Positions 8,893 to 18,140 of a stretch of DNA of 64,000 nucleotides are shown here, one piece after another. Within the stretch, counting starts at the first letter, position 1; each line of letters opens with the position of its first letter. The position numbers and the translations under genes were made by a program. Source of the DNA: Nitrospirota bacterium (GTDB lineage Bacteria; Nitrospirota; UBA9217); NCBI GenBank assembly GCA_035623825.1, contig DASPSR010000048.1:18369-82368 (forward strand). The letters run 5' to 3'. The notes below the pieces were generated by a model. The model saw only the letters and a list, made by a program, of their open reading frames with translations. It was not told the origin of the DNA and made no database searches.

Positions 8893-9797
8893 CCCGCCCT
8901 CACCGCATCAACAGACTTCATGAATGCCGCGTTCTCGTCAGCGTTCAGCGTGATCTCAATCACCTGCTCCACCCCCTTTGCGCCGACTTTCACCGGTACG
9001 CCTGCAAACATGCCTTTCACCCCGTATTCCCCCTCGAGGTAGGTGGAACAGGGGAGGATCTTCTTCTTGTCCAGAAGCACGCACTCGACCATCTCGAGCG
9101 TAGCTGCCGAGGGCGCATAATAGGCGCTCCCCGTCTTGAGCAGCGCCACGATCTCAGCGCCACCGTTCCGCGTACGCTGCACAAGCCGGTTGATCTGGTC
9201 CTCGTGCATGAGCTCCGTGATCGGGATCCCTGCTACCGTCGAATAGCGCGGAAGCGGGACCATGGTATCGCCATGTCCACCAAGCACGAAGGCATGCGTA
9301 TTTTCCACGGACACGCCGAGCTCAAGGGCGATGAAAGTCCGGAACCGGGCGGAGTCCAGCACTCCACCCATGCCGATGACTCGCTCCCTGGGGAAGCCGC
9401 TCGCCCTCATGGCCACAAAGGCCATGACGTCCATAGGATTCGTCACCACGATCATGATGGCATTCGAGGAACGGAGTGAAGTCTCCTGGGCGACCTTTCT
9501 CACGATGTCTCCGTTCGCCGCGAGCAGGTCGTCACGGCTCATACCCGGCTTCCTCGCCAGCCCTGCCGTAATCACTATTATATCAGAATCGCCCGTCTCA
9601 TCATACCCGTTCGAGCCGGTGACTTTCGAGTCGTACCCGAGCACCGGACCCGCCTCCAGAAGATCAAGCCCCTTCCCTTGCGGCACGCCTTCCACGACGT
9701 CCATGAGCACCACATCAGCGAGCCCTGTCTCCGCGATCCTCTGCGCAAGGGTCGATCCCACGTGTCCCGCCCCAGCAATCGTCACTTTTTTCCGCAC
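8874..9797 (-). CDS. mdh: Malate dehydrogenase (LDH-like)
   Basis: [49 protein letters not shown]; GTG start with GGAGG. Confidence 0.95.
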   Translation of the reverse strand: MRKKVTIAGAGHVGSTLAQRIAETGLADVVLMDVVEGVPQGKGLDLLEAGPVLGYDSKVTGSNGYDETGDSDIIVITAGLARKPGMSRDDLLAANGDIVRKVAQETSLRSSNAIMIVVTNPMDVMAFVAMRASGFPRERVIGMGGVLDSARFRTFIALELGVSVENTHAFVLGGHGDTMVPLPRYSTVAGIPITELMHEDQINRLVQRTRNGGAEIVALLKTGSAYYAPSAATLEMVECVLLDKKKILPCSTYLEGEYGVKGMFAGVPVKVGAKGVEQVIEITLNADENAAFMKSVDAVRAGCAKFI

Positions 9798-9875
9798 GCG
9801 AACACCTCCGAAAAGCGGGCAGAGGACAAAGAGCAGAGTGTAAAAATGTACGCCATGCTCCATGCGCCCGGCACG

Positions 9876-11165
9876 TCACAGTTTCGTAATTTTTATCTTG
9901 CTTATCTTCCTGCCGTCGAGCTCGAGGACCTCGAACTTAAGATTCTTATATTTGAGCTGCTCTCCCACTTTGGGCATCCTGCCGAAAAGTCCGAACACGA
10001 TCCCGCCGAGAGTGTTGAAGTCCTTGGACTGCAGGTTGGTTTCGAGCAGTTCGTTCACCTCGTCTATCGCTGACTGACCCGACACTACGAAGTTTTTTTC
10101 GTCGACGATCTGCACTTCCTTCTCTGCGGTCTCGAGCTCATCGTGGATACTGCCTACTATTTCCTCGATCAGGTCTTCAAGAGTGACAAGTCCCGCCGTA
10201 CCGCCGAATTCGTCGATGACGATGGCAAGTTGAAACCTCTCCTGCTGCATTTCGGAAAGGAGTTCGCTCACGCGTTTGTTCTCGGGGATGAAGTACGCCG
10301 GCCTGATGAACCGTTGGATATCGTCCTCGCGCTTTACCTCGCCGGCCGACATGGCAACAAGAATGTCTTTGATGTAGAGGATGCCGATGACCGTATCGAT
10401 GGTGTTTTCGATCACCGGGTAGCGCGAGTAACCGAATTCGGACACAAGGCTCAACACTTCCTTGAGCGTGGCATACGACGGCACACTGACGATCTCTGTA
10501 CGCGGCCGCATGGCTTCCGAAGCCAAAGTATCGCCGAACTCGAATACCTTATGGAGCAGTTCCTTTTCCTCCTCCTTGAGCGAACCGCCCTCTTCCCCGA
10601 GGTTGATCATAGCCTTGATGTCCTCTTCCGTGACCACCGCGGTGCAGGACATGCCCTGCGGCCCGGGCCCGGCAAAGGAGTCGGCGACCATCGCCAGCAG
10701 GCGCGCCACCGGCGAGACAATCCTCATGACGAAGAGCATAGGATAAGCAACGATGAGCGCAAGACGATCGGGATTCCGAGCAGCCAGTCCCTTCGGCGCG
10801 AGCTTGGACACCAGGACGACAATCATACTGGTGGCGATCGCAGAAGCCGACACGGCCAAAGTAGTCCCGGCGAAAAGATGCATGGCGATAACCGTACCCA
10901 GGGCTGCGGCAAGGACAATGAAGAAATTCTCCGCAAGCAAGAGTGTGCTGTGCAGGCGATTTCTTTCCTCAAGAAGTCGGACGACAGCGGTCGCGCGCGC
11001 ATTTCCTGTTTCAGACAGCTGTCTGATGTGCGCTTTGTTCGCAAACACAATGGCTGTCTCCGAAGCCGCAAAAAAGGCAGCGAGAAGAACGCTGGCACCA
11101 GCCAGTGCGGCAAGCAGCCAGTGATAGGCTAAAAATTCAAAGAAAGCACCCATGGAATTGACCAT
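9876..11165 (-). CDS. CNNM/CBS/CorC-HlyC membrane protein (hemolysin family, Mg/Co transport related)
   Basis: AFFAASETA DUF21 TM region, paired CBS domains (YSRYPV; IVIDEFGGTAGLVTLEDLIEEIVG), C-terminal CorC domain. Confidence 0.92.
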   Translation of the reverse strand: MVNSMGAFFEFLAYHWLLAALAGASVLLAAFFAASETAIVFANKAHIRQLSETGNARATAVVRLLEERNRLHSTLLLAENFFIVLAAALGTVIAMHLFAGTTLAVSASAIATSMIVVLVSKLAPKGLAARNPDRLALIVAYPMLFVMRIVSPVARLLAMVADSFAGPGPQGMSCTAVVTEEDIKAMINLGEEGGSLKEEEKELLHKVFEFGDTLASEAMRPRTEIVSVPSYATLKEVLSLVSEFGYSRYPVIENTIDTVIGILYIKDILVAMSAGEVKREDDIQRFIRPAYFIPENKRVSELLSEMQQERFQLAIVIDEFGGTAGLVTLEDLIEEIVGSIHDELETAEKEVQIVDEKNFVVSGQSAIDEVNELLETNLQSKDFNTLGGIVFGLFGRMPKVGEQLKYKNLKFEVLELDGRKISKIKITKL

Positions 11166-11474
11166 CCTGCATGGCCCAGGAGAAGGTGTCGTCTTCGGTT
11201 TCTCGTCTCAATGCTTCCCCCAGATGCCTGAAGTATTATTTTTCCCCTCGATCTGAACACCCCATCGAAGGTAGTTTCGCCGTTCTTAGTTTTCCGGGCC
11301 GCTGTTTTGTTCAGCATGCTCCATACGCCCGGCCTGCTTCTTGATAGGCTCGGCACCGCTCGGTGCGGCCTGTGGCCGTCATCCGCCGCTGAGCATTCGT
11401 CCGACAGCGACTACAAGTATCATTATACACGCAAATTAACATTAATCGCACTCTGAGAAATACTTGTTAAATAT

Positions 11475-11498
11475 AAAAGGCCCCCTCAGAGGGGGGCC
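11475..11498 (-). terminator. Intrinsic terminator after the small lipoprotein gene
   Basis: Minus strand GGCCCCCCT-CTG-AGGGGGCC followed by TTTT. Confidence 0.7.
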
Positions 11499-11534
11499 GT
11501 GCTTGCCGCAATACCTGTAACGCGAACATGACAC

Positions 11535-11732
11535 TTACTTTTTAGCAGGCTTTTCCGGAGCCGGAGCTGGCATAGGCGCCGGAGCTGGAGCCGGCGCAGG
11601 CGCCGGGGCTGGAGGGACAACAACAGGCTGCTGCTCAGCCGGTTTTGGTGCCTCAGCCTTTTTCTCGCATCCAACGAGAGCAAACGTAAAAACGAATACC
11701 AGGGCCAATATGAAAGCAATGTATTTTTTCAT
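11535..11732 (-). CDS. Small Pro/Ala-rich lipoprotein
   Basis: Signal peptide with LVGC lipobox, then (PA)n. Strong AGGAGG RBS and its own terminator. Confidence 0.75.
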   Translation of the reverse strand: MKKYIAFILALVFVFTFALVGCEKKAEAPKPAEQQPVVVPPAPAPAPAPAPAPMPAPAPEKPAKK

Positions 11733-11824
11733 CGACCGTCACCTCCTTTCGCGTAGGGAATAACAGAGAATAACCATACGGATGGAATCGTATATTTATT
11801 AAAGAAGGAATACTTGCACCACTT

Positions 11825-12052
11825 TTAAAGAATCCTCGTTGCAATGGATCGAGTAACGGTAAGTTCCTTTACCTTCTGGCCGAGCTGTTCTTCCATGACC
11901 TGCTGCTGCTCTTCACTGAGACGGAGACGGAAGACCCTGAGTTTATTCAATGACCGCTTCGTGAGATAGATTTCGCGAAGCTCAAAACCGATCTGCTTCT
12001 TGATATCTGCAGTCTGCTGCGGAGTGAGCGTTAGTTTAACGTTCTCATCCAT
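11825..12052 (-). CDS. Hypothetical 75-aa protein with an internal duplication
   Basis: GGAGGG RBS; two similar halves, LTLTPQQTADIKKQIGFELREI and LRLSEEQQQVMEEQLGQKVKEL. Confidence 0.65.
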   Translation of the reverse strand: MDENVKLTLTPQQTADIKKQIGFELREIYLTKRSLNKLRVFRLRLSEEQQQVMEEQLGQKVKELTVTRSIATRIL

Positions 12053-12134
12053 TGAACGGACCCTCCATAAATTTTTATTATAGGCCCTTTCTTATGGAAA
12101 TTCAAGATATTTCTACAAAGAGAAATCAGAGAAA

Positions 12135-12380
12135 TCATTGTTCCGTTCTGATTACTATGACTTTTTCCACCCAGGGGAATTCTCCGGTTAATTTCTCCTC
12201 CAGGCCCTGAACCAGGGCTATCCGAGTTACATGTCAGCGCCAGCAGAATCCGGTAGGTGCAATCTTGACGGTTCCTCCGTCAACTCCCGCGAACTGGATA
12301 TCGCCGCCCCGGCCTTGGTATTGCCGCGACAGGATACCAACCATCGCTTTAATCTGTTCGATATCGTTTTCTTTACTCAA
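12135..12380 (-). CDS. NifU/Nfu C-terminal-domain protein with an in-frame UGA (CxxU), predicted 81-aa selenoprotein
   Basis: TTG start after GAGGAGG. Translation: MSKENDIEQIKAMVGILSRQYQGRGGDIQFAGVDGGTVKIAPTGFCWR-UGA(12236-12234)-HVTRIALVQGLEEKLTGEFPWVEKVIVIRTEQ. This fits the Nfu pattern GGDI...V...G.CxxC....L..G.E..L...P.V..V on both sides of the UGA. Confidence 0.8.
12204..12218 (-). promoter_or_regulatory. SECIS-like hairpin downstream of the NifU UGA
   Basis: GCCCUG-GUU-CAGGGC starts 15 nt after the UGA, with G first in the apical loop. Confidence 0.65.
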
Positions 12381-12437
12381 ACGATCCTCCTCGAGATTGT
12401 ACGACGTTGAGAGTGAAACGCTCAGATTGAATTGTCT

Positions 12438-14126
12438 TCACTCTTCCATTACCAGTTTCTTCGCCATTCTCTCGACCGCCTCTTCAATCTTCACCTTTTC
12501 CACCAGTCCGGTCTTCCGCTCTTTCAATTCAACAAACCCTTCTTTAAGGTTCTTCTCACCGATAATTATGCGGTGCGGGATGCCGATGAGATCGGCGTCT
12601 TTGAACTTTACTCCTGCCCGTTCATCACGATCGTCCATCAGGACCTCGAACCCTTTTTCCTCCAGTGACGTGTACATATCCTCGGCAATGTCCATGGACT
12701 TAACGTCCTTGATGTTTACTGGCACGATCAGAATCTGATATGGAGCGATCGACCGGGGCCAGATGATTCCATTCTCGTCGTTCCCTTGTTCGATGGCCGC
12801 GGCCGCTATCCTGGCGGGCCCGATTCCGTAACTTCCCATGATAATCGGCTTTTCCAGGCCGTTCTCGTCGAGATAGTTCGCCCTGAGCGGAACCGAATAC
12901 TTGGTCCCCAGTTTGAAGATGTTCCCGATCTCGATCACCCGTTCGATGCGGATCGGCTTTCCGCACTGAACGCAGGAGTCGCCAGCAGCGGCAGTGTGAA
13001 TGTCAGTGAACTCCGCCTCAAAGTCCCTTCCCGGCTGCACGCCCTTGACGTGGTATCCCTCTTTGTTTGAGCCGGCGACGTACAGTCCTTGTGTAAGCGA
13101 TGAATCAGCGATCTTTCTGATCTTGTGAACCATAGGGCCGATAAAACCAGCCGGTACGCCAAGGATATCCTTCACTTCTTCCTTTTGCGCAGGCCGGTGC
13201 GACCCGATGATCTTCGCAAGCTTCTTTTCGTGCAGGGTCTGGTCCCCGCGCACCAGAGCGAGAACCGGCCCCTTTTCGCCCATCATGAGGATGGATTTTA
13301 TGAGGAGGTCAGGCGTCAGTTTCAGGAAGCGGGAGACCTCTTCGATCGTCCGCTTTTCCGGTGTGGCGACTTCCTCATACTTCCAAATGGGGAATTTCGG
13401 TGTCTTCGGCACGGACACTGCAAGCTCCACGTTCGCCGCATATCCGCAGGCGTCGCAGAGCGCAACCTCGTCCTCGCCAGCCGGCGAAGGCGCCATATAC
13501 TCGTGCGCCATTGAGCCTCCCATCATGCCCGTGTCGCTCTGGACCACATAGAACTTGATGCCGCACCGGCTGTAGATCTTGTTATACGCCTCGAGGTGGA
13601 GCTGATAGGACCTGTCGAGCCCTCCTTCGTCGCGGTCAAAGCTGTAGGAATCCTCCATGATGAATTCGCGAGTCCGCAGCACACCACTCTTGGGCCGCGC
13701 CTCATCCCTGAGCTTTGTCTGGATCTGGTACCAAATCTGCGGCAGGTCTCTGTATGAGCGGATATCGTGGGCAGCAAGCCACGTCATAGTCTCCTCATGC
13801 GTCATGGCCAGACACATATCGCGGCCGCTGCGGTCTTTCATGCGGAACATCTCGTCTCCAATGGCGTCCCAACGCCCGGTCTGCTGCCAGACCTCTGCCG
13901 GGTTCAGGACGGGCATGGCCACTTCCTGGCCGCCAATGGCGTTCATCTCTTCCCGGATTATCTGATTGATCTTCGCCATCACGCGTTGACCGAGCGGCAG
14001 ATAAATGTAGAGGCCCGCTGCGAGCTGACGAACATAGCCGGCGCGCACCATGAGCTTGTGCGAAACTGCCTCGGCATCAGCGGGCGCTTCCTTCAGCGTC
14101 GGGATGAAAAGATGGGAATAACGCAT
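12438..14126 (-). CDS. proS: Proline--tRNA ligase (with editing insertion domain)
   Basis: SHKLMVRAGY, THEE, QIQTKLRDEARP, REFIMEDSYSF, IEIGNIFKLGTKYS, MGSYGIG, DADLIGIP. Confidence 0.97.
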   Translation of the reverse strand: MRYSHLFIPTLKEAPADAEAVSHKLMVRAGYVRQLAAGLYIYLPLGQRVMAKINQIIREEMNAIGGQEVAMPVLNPAEVWQQTGRWDAIGDEMFRMKDRSGRDMCLAMTHEETMTWLAAHDIRSYRDLPQIWYQIQTKLRDEARPKSGVLRTREFIMEDSYSFDRDEGGLDRSYQLHLEAYNKIYSRCGIKFYVVQSDTGMMGGSMAHEYMAPSPAGEDEVALCDACGYAANVELAVSVPKTPKFPIWKYEEVATPEKRTIEEVSRFLKLTPDLLIKSILMMGEKGPVLALVRGDQTLHEKKLAKIIGSHRPAQKEEVKDILGVPAGFIGPMVHKIRKIADSSLTQGLYVAGSNKEGYHVKGVQPGRDFEAEFTDIHTAAAGDSCVQCGKPIRIERVIEIGNIFKLGTKYSVPLRANYLDENGLEKPIIMGSYGIGPARIAAAAIEQGNDENGIIWPRSIAPYQILIVPVNIKDVKSMDIAEDMYTSLEEKGFEVLMDDRDERAGVKFKDADLIGIPHRIIIGEKNLKEGFVELKERKTGLVEKVKIEEAVERMAKKLVMEE

Positions 14127-14195
14127 TAAAAACCTCCGATGAATTCAGAACGCAGGGACGGACAGTCTCTCAGGTCTGATTTTCCCTGCATGGCA

Positions 14196-15281
14196 CTATT
14201 TCCCGTCTTCGGATGACTGCTTCCTTACCATTTCTTCCACTTCGTTCACCAGCGCATCAGCGAGTTCGGCTTCGGTCAGTTTCTTGACGATACCACCGTG
14301 CTTGAACAGCAGGCCGACGCCTCTGCCGCCGGCGATGCCGGCATCGGCCTCACGCGCCTCTCCAGGGCCGTTCACCACGCAGCCCATGACCGCGACCGTG
14401 AGCGGCTCCTTGATGTGAGCCAGTCTCTTCTCAACTTCCTGGGCCAGACCGATGATGTCGATCTCTGTCCTGCCGCAGGTGGGACAGGAGATGATGGTCA
14501 CGCCGCGCTGGCGGATCCTGAGCGCCTTCAGGATTTCATAGGCGACCCGTACTTCCTCAACGGGGTCGGCGGTGAGCGAGACGCGCATGGTATCTCCGAT
14601 GCCCTCGGCGAGCAGGAGGCCTAGGCCTACGCTCGACTTGATCGTACCGGAAAATATGGTTCCCGCTTCAGAGATGCCGATGTGGAGCGGATAGTCGGAT
14701 TTTTCCGAGAACAGCCGATAAGATGCGACCGTCGTGAGAACATCCGAGGCTTTGAGCGAAACTTTGAGGTCTGTGAAATTCAAATCTTCCAGAATGTGGA
14801 TGTGCCCGAAGGCGCTCTCGACGAGCGCCTCGGCCGTAGGATGCTGGTACTTTTCGAGCAGAGGCTTTTCGAGAGAGCCCGCGTTGACGCCGATGCGAAT
14901 CGGAATGCTACGATCTTTGCATGCACGGACGACCTCGGCAACTTTTCTCTTTCCCCCGATGTTACCGGGATTGATCCGAAGGCCATCCACACCCTGTTTC
15001 ACTGCCTCGAGCGCGAGACGGTAATCGAAATGGATATCTGCAATGAGAGGAACCCGCGTCCCCCTTCTGATTTCACCCAGCATTTTCGCCGCGTCCATAT
15101 CAGGCACAGCGAGCCTCACCACCTCGCACCCCGCCTGTTCAAGATGGCCGATCTGGTCGAGCGTCTTCACGACATCGCGGGTGTCTGTATTGCACATGGA
15201 CTGGATTACGATGGGCGCTCCACCGCCGATTTTCACTGTGCCGATGGTAATCTGCCTGGTTGTTTTACGGATAATACTCAT
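14196..15281 (-). CDS. ispG: 4-hydroxy-3-methylbut-2-enyl diphosphate synthase
   Basis: QSMCNTDT, IADIHFDY, RINPGNIG, IGVNAGSL, CPTCGR, MGCVVNGPGEA. Confidence 0.97.
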   Translation of the reverse strand: MSIIRKTTRQITIGTVKIGGGAPIVIQSMCNTDTRDVVKTLDQIGHLEQAGCEVVRLAVPDMDAAKMLGEIRRGTRVPLIADIHFDYRLALEAVKQGVDGLRINPGNIGGKRKVAEVVRACKDRSIPIRIGVNAGSLEKPLLEKYQHPTAEALVESAFGHIHILEDLNFTDLKVSLKASDVLTTVASYRLFSEKSDYPLHIGISEAGTIFSGTIKSSVGLGLLLAEGIGDTMRVSLTADPVEEVRVAYEILKALRIRQRGVTIISCPTCGRTEIDIIGLAQEVEKRLAHIKEPLTVAVMGCVVNGPGEAREADAGIAGGRGVGLLFKHGGIVKKLTEAELADALVNEVEEMVRKQSSEDGK

Positions 15282-15298
15282 ATGATTTGAATTGCCGG

Positions 15299-15375
15299 CA
15301 TTGCGAGCACACGGAAGGAGCGCGACAACGTCGCACTGAAAAAAGGTTGCTTCGCCGCTTAAGCTTTTCGCAATG
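15299..15375. repeat. Degenerate intergenic palindromic (MITE/REP-like) element
   Basis: Terminal inverted repeat CATTGCGA...TCGCAATG with an internal TTGCTTCGCCGCTT. Confidence 0.5.
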
Positions 15376-15400
15376 AACTAACCGGTACGTTTTGGTCGCA

Positions 15401-16684
15401 TTACTTACTAAAAAACATCCTCATGATATCGTTATAGGAAACCACGGCAATAAGTGTGATCAACACCGCAGCCCCGATACTTTGGGCTATTTCCATGGTC
15501 CTGCGGCTAAGGGGCTTCCTCCGCACCGCCTCGATCACAAGGAACAGGATCAGTCCGCCGTCCAGTACCGGTATCGGCAGCAGGTTCAGGATGCCAAGCG
15601 AGATGCTGATCATGGCGAGCAGCGACAGGAAGGTCGATAGGCCGGCGGCAGCAGCTTGCCCCGACATCTGGGCTATCATCACCGGCCCGCCGAGCGTTTT
15701 GATCGAAAGGTTGAATGTCAACAGCTTTCTCAGGGTGATGACTGTCAAATCGATGGCCTCGATGGTTTTGTCGAAACCCATTCGAATGGACTTGAAGAAC
15801 CCGTATTTCTTGAACACCAGGTTGATAACAGGCTCAACGCCGATCACGAACCTTCCTCCGTCCTCGACCGGAGTCACGGACTTCTCCATGCGCACGCCAC
15901 CGCGCTCAATGGTAAGCGTGAGCGTCTTCCCCCCGCTCTCTTTCACCAAGCTGGAGAACTGGTTCCAGTGGTAGATGGTTTTGCCGTCCACAGCGATGAT
16001 CTTATCGTGTATTTTAAAACCAGCCTGCTCCGCCGGAAGTCCTGGACGCAGCCTGCCGATCTCAGCCGGCATGTCCGGGACCAGACCGGAGGTGCCGATC
16101 TTGAGCTCTGCGGCCGTGGCAGGCCTGAGCGTGAGCGTCTTCTTCTCGCCTTGACGATCGACCGTGACTGTCACATCCGTATCGGGATTCACGGCGATAA
16201 GGGACAATGCTTTCACCCAGTCGTTGATGTGTCTTCCGTTGATCTCCTCGATCACGTCACCCGCCATGAATCCCGCTTGCTCCGCCGGAGATCCCTTCTC
16301 GACATATCCCACCGTGGCGGGGCCCTCGGAATAGGTTCCGATCATGAAAACGAAGGGCATCACGACAAAGGCAAGCACGATGTTCGTGAGCGGCCCCGTT
16401 GCCGCGATCTTCGCACGCTGCCACACGGTCTTGGACTGGAACTCATCAGGCGATCCCGTGGGCTCTTCGTCCGGATTCTCCCCTGCCATCTTCACGTAGC
16501 CCCCGAGCGGAAGCGCGGAGATGACATATTCCGTATCTCCCTTCTTGTACCCGATGAGCTTGGGCCCCATGCCGAGAGAAAACTTCTCGATGCGTACGCC
16601 AGCCCGCTTTGCCATAATAAAGTGACCGAACTCGTGCACGAACACGAGGATTCCGATCACGATGAGAAAATAAATCAGCGTCAT
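15401..16684 (-). CDS. rseP: RIP metalloprotease RseP (two PDZ domains)
   Basis: HEFGH, PLGGYVKM, two PDZ domains, NLLPIPVLDGG; ATG 16684 after GGAGGAG. Confidence 0.96.
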   Translation of the reverse strand: MTLIYFLIVIGILVFVHEFGHFIMAKRAGVRIEKFSLGMGPKLIGYKKGDTEYVISALPLGGYVKMAGENPDEEPTGSPDEFQSKTVWQRAKIAATGPLTNIVLAFVVMPFVFMIGTYSEGPATVGYVEKGSPAEQAGFMAGDVIEEINGRHINDWVKALSLIAVNPDTDVTVTVDRQGEKKTLTLRPATAAELKIGTSGLVPDMPAEIGRLRPGLPAEQAGFKIHDKIIAVDGKTIYHWNQFSSLVKESGGKTLTLTIERGGVRMEKSVTPVEDGGRFVIGVEPVINLVFKKYGFFKSIRMGFDKTIEAIDLTVITLRKLLTFNLSIKTLGGPVMIAQMSGQAAAAGLSTFLSLLAMISISLGILNLLPIPVLDGGLILFLVIEAVRRKPLSRRTMEIAQSIGAAVLITLIAVVSYNDIMRMFFSK

Positions 16685-16807
16685 TACTCCTCCGGATGAC
16701 CCATTGAGAATGCCGATCTGGTCGGGTCGATCCCTCCATTGCACTGCGAAACGAGAAAATCAATAGTATGGTACGAGATAGCGATTTGGCCTACGCCCGC
16801 ACCGGCT

Positions 16808-18040
16808 TTAGCCCTTAATTGTGCTTTTCCCGTTTTTATCCTTTGCCTTCTCGAATGCCACCACACGCCTTTTCCCTTGCCCCATCCCCCCGGAACCTAT
16901 CACCTTCTCAGCTTTCTGCCGCGCCCAGAGATCTGCCTTGAGGGCGTCCTCAACGGTCTTGATCGGGTACGGAGTATGAGCATCCATGGTCGTTTTAATA
17001 ACGCGAGCGACGTCGGCGTACGAGATCTTCTCGTCAAGAAAGAACTTGACCGCCACCTCGTTCGAGGCCGAGAGCACGGCGGGCATACTGCCTCCCGCTT
17101 CGAGGGACTTGTACGCGTAGGCCAAACAAGGAAACCTGTCAGTGTCCGGTTCCTCGAAGGTAAGCGTGCCTACGGAGGCGAGATCGAGCGCCGGCGACAC
17201 GCCTTCGAGCCGTTCTGGGTATGAAAGTGCATACGCGATCGGGCCCTTCATGTCCGGCATGCCGAGCTGCGCAACAATCGCGCCGTCTTGATATTCGACC
17301 ATGGAATGGATGATACTCTGCGGATGAACAAGCACCCTGATCCTTGCAGGCGTCATATCGAAGAGCCACCGCGCCTCAATCACTTCAAGTCCCTTGTTCA
17401 TGAGCGTGGCGGAATCGATCGTGATCTTCCTGCCCATGTTCCAATTCGGGTGCTTGAGCGCTTGCGCCAGCGTCACTCTTGCCAGATCCCTTTTCGAATG
17501 GCTCCTGAAGGGGCCGCCGGAGGCGGTCAGGATCACCCTTCTGATATCTCTATCCGCCCCCGCGTGCAGGCACTGAAAAATGGCGCTGTGCTCGCTGTCA
17601 ACGGGGAGAATCTTGACGCCCCGCCTGCGACACTCCGCCATCACGAGTTCACCCGCAGTGACAAGCACCTCCTTATTGGCGAGTGCGATGTCCTTGCCGG
17701 CACTAATCGCCGCCATAGTAGGCACGAGTCCGGCCGTCCCCACGATGGCCGAGACGGTGATCCGTGCTTCTTCCGCGGCCGCTACCTGGATCATCCCCTC
17801 GACACCCGAGAGGATCCTAACGTCGAGGCCTGCGCACCGCCGCTTGAGCTTTTCGGCTGAAGAGGGGCTTACGACGGAGACCATCTGGGGTTCGAACTGC
17901 AGTACCTGTTTCTCCAGGAGATCAATGTTGTTTCCGGCCGCAAGCGCAACTACCCGAAACCGGTCGGGAAATTTCTCGACCACCGAAAGCGTGGATTGCC
18001 CGATCGATCCCGTGGACCCCAATATCGCTATATTCTTCAA
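16808..18040 (-). CDS. dxr: 1-deoxy-D-xylulose-5-phosphate reductoisomerase
   Basis: LGSTGSIG, ALANKE, PVDSEHSA, TASGGPF, HPNWNMGRKITIDSATLMNKGLE. Confidence 0.97.
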   Translation of the reverse strand: MKNIAILGSTGSIGQSTLSVVEKFPDRFRVVALAAGNNIDLLEKQVLQFEPQMVSVVSPSSAEKLKRRCAGLDVRILSGVEGMIQVAAAEEARITVSAIVGTAGLVPTMAAISAGKDIALANKEVLVTAGELVMAECRRRGVKILPVDSEHSAIFQCLHAGADRDIRRVILTASGGPFRSHSKRDLARVTLAQALKHPNWNMGRKITIDSATLMNKGLEVIEARWLFDMTPARIRVLVHPQSIIHSMVEYQDGAIVAQLGMPDMKGPIAYALSYPERLEGVSPALDLASVGTLTFEEPDTDRFPCLAYAYKSLEAGGSMPAVLSASNEVAVKFFLDEKISYADVARVIKTTMDAHTPYPIKTVEDALKADLWARQKAEKVIGSGGMGQGKRRVVAFEKAKDKNGKSTIKG

Positions 18041-18140
18041 CCCAGCTTAGCTCCACATACCCCGCAACCAGGGTGACAGGGTATCACTGCCCTGTGCAGA
18101 TCTCGAACGTTCAAGACATCCGTGCTATTCGTTCGTGCTC

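Noticed and set aside
7816-9042. 408-aa plus-strand ORF, and similar long ORFs at 10143-11132, 15656-16699, 20562-21647 and 39782-40591
   Set aside because: They lie antisense to well-supported genes and show no family motifs. They are shadow frames typical of GC-rich codon usage.
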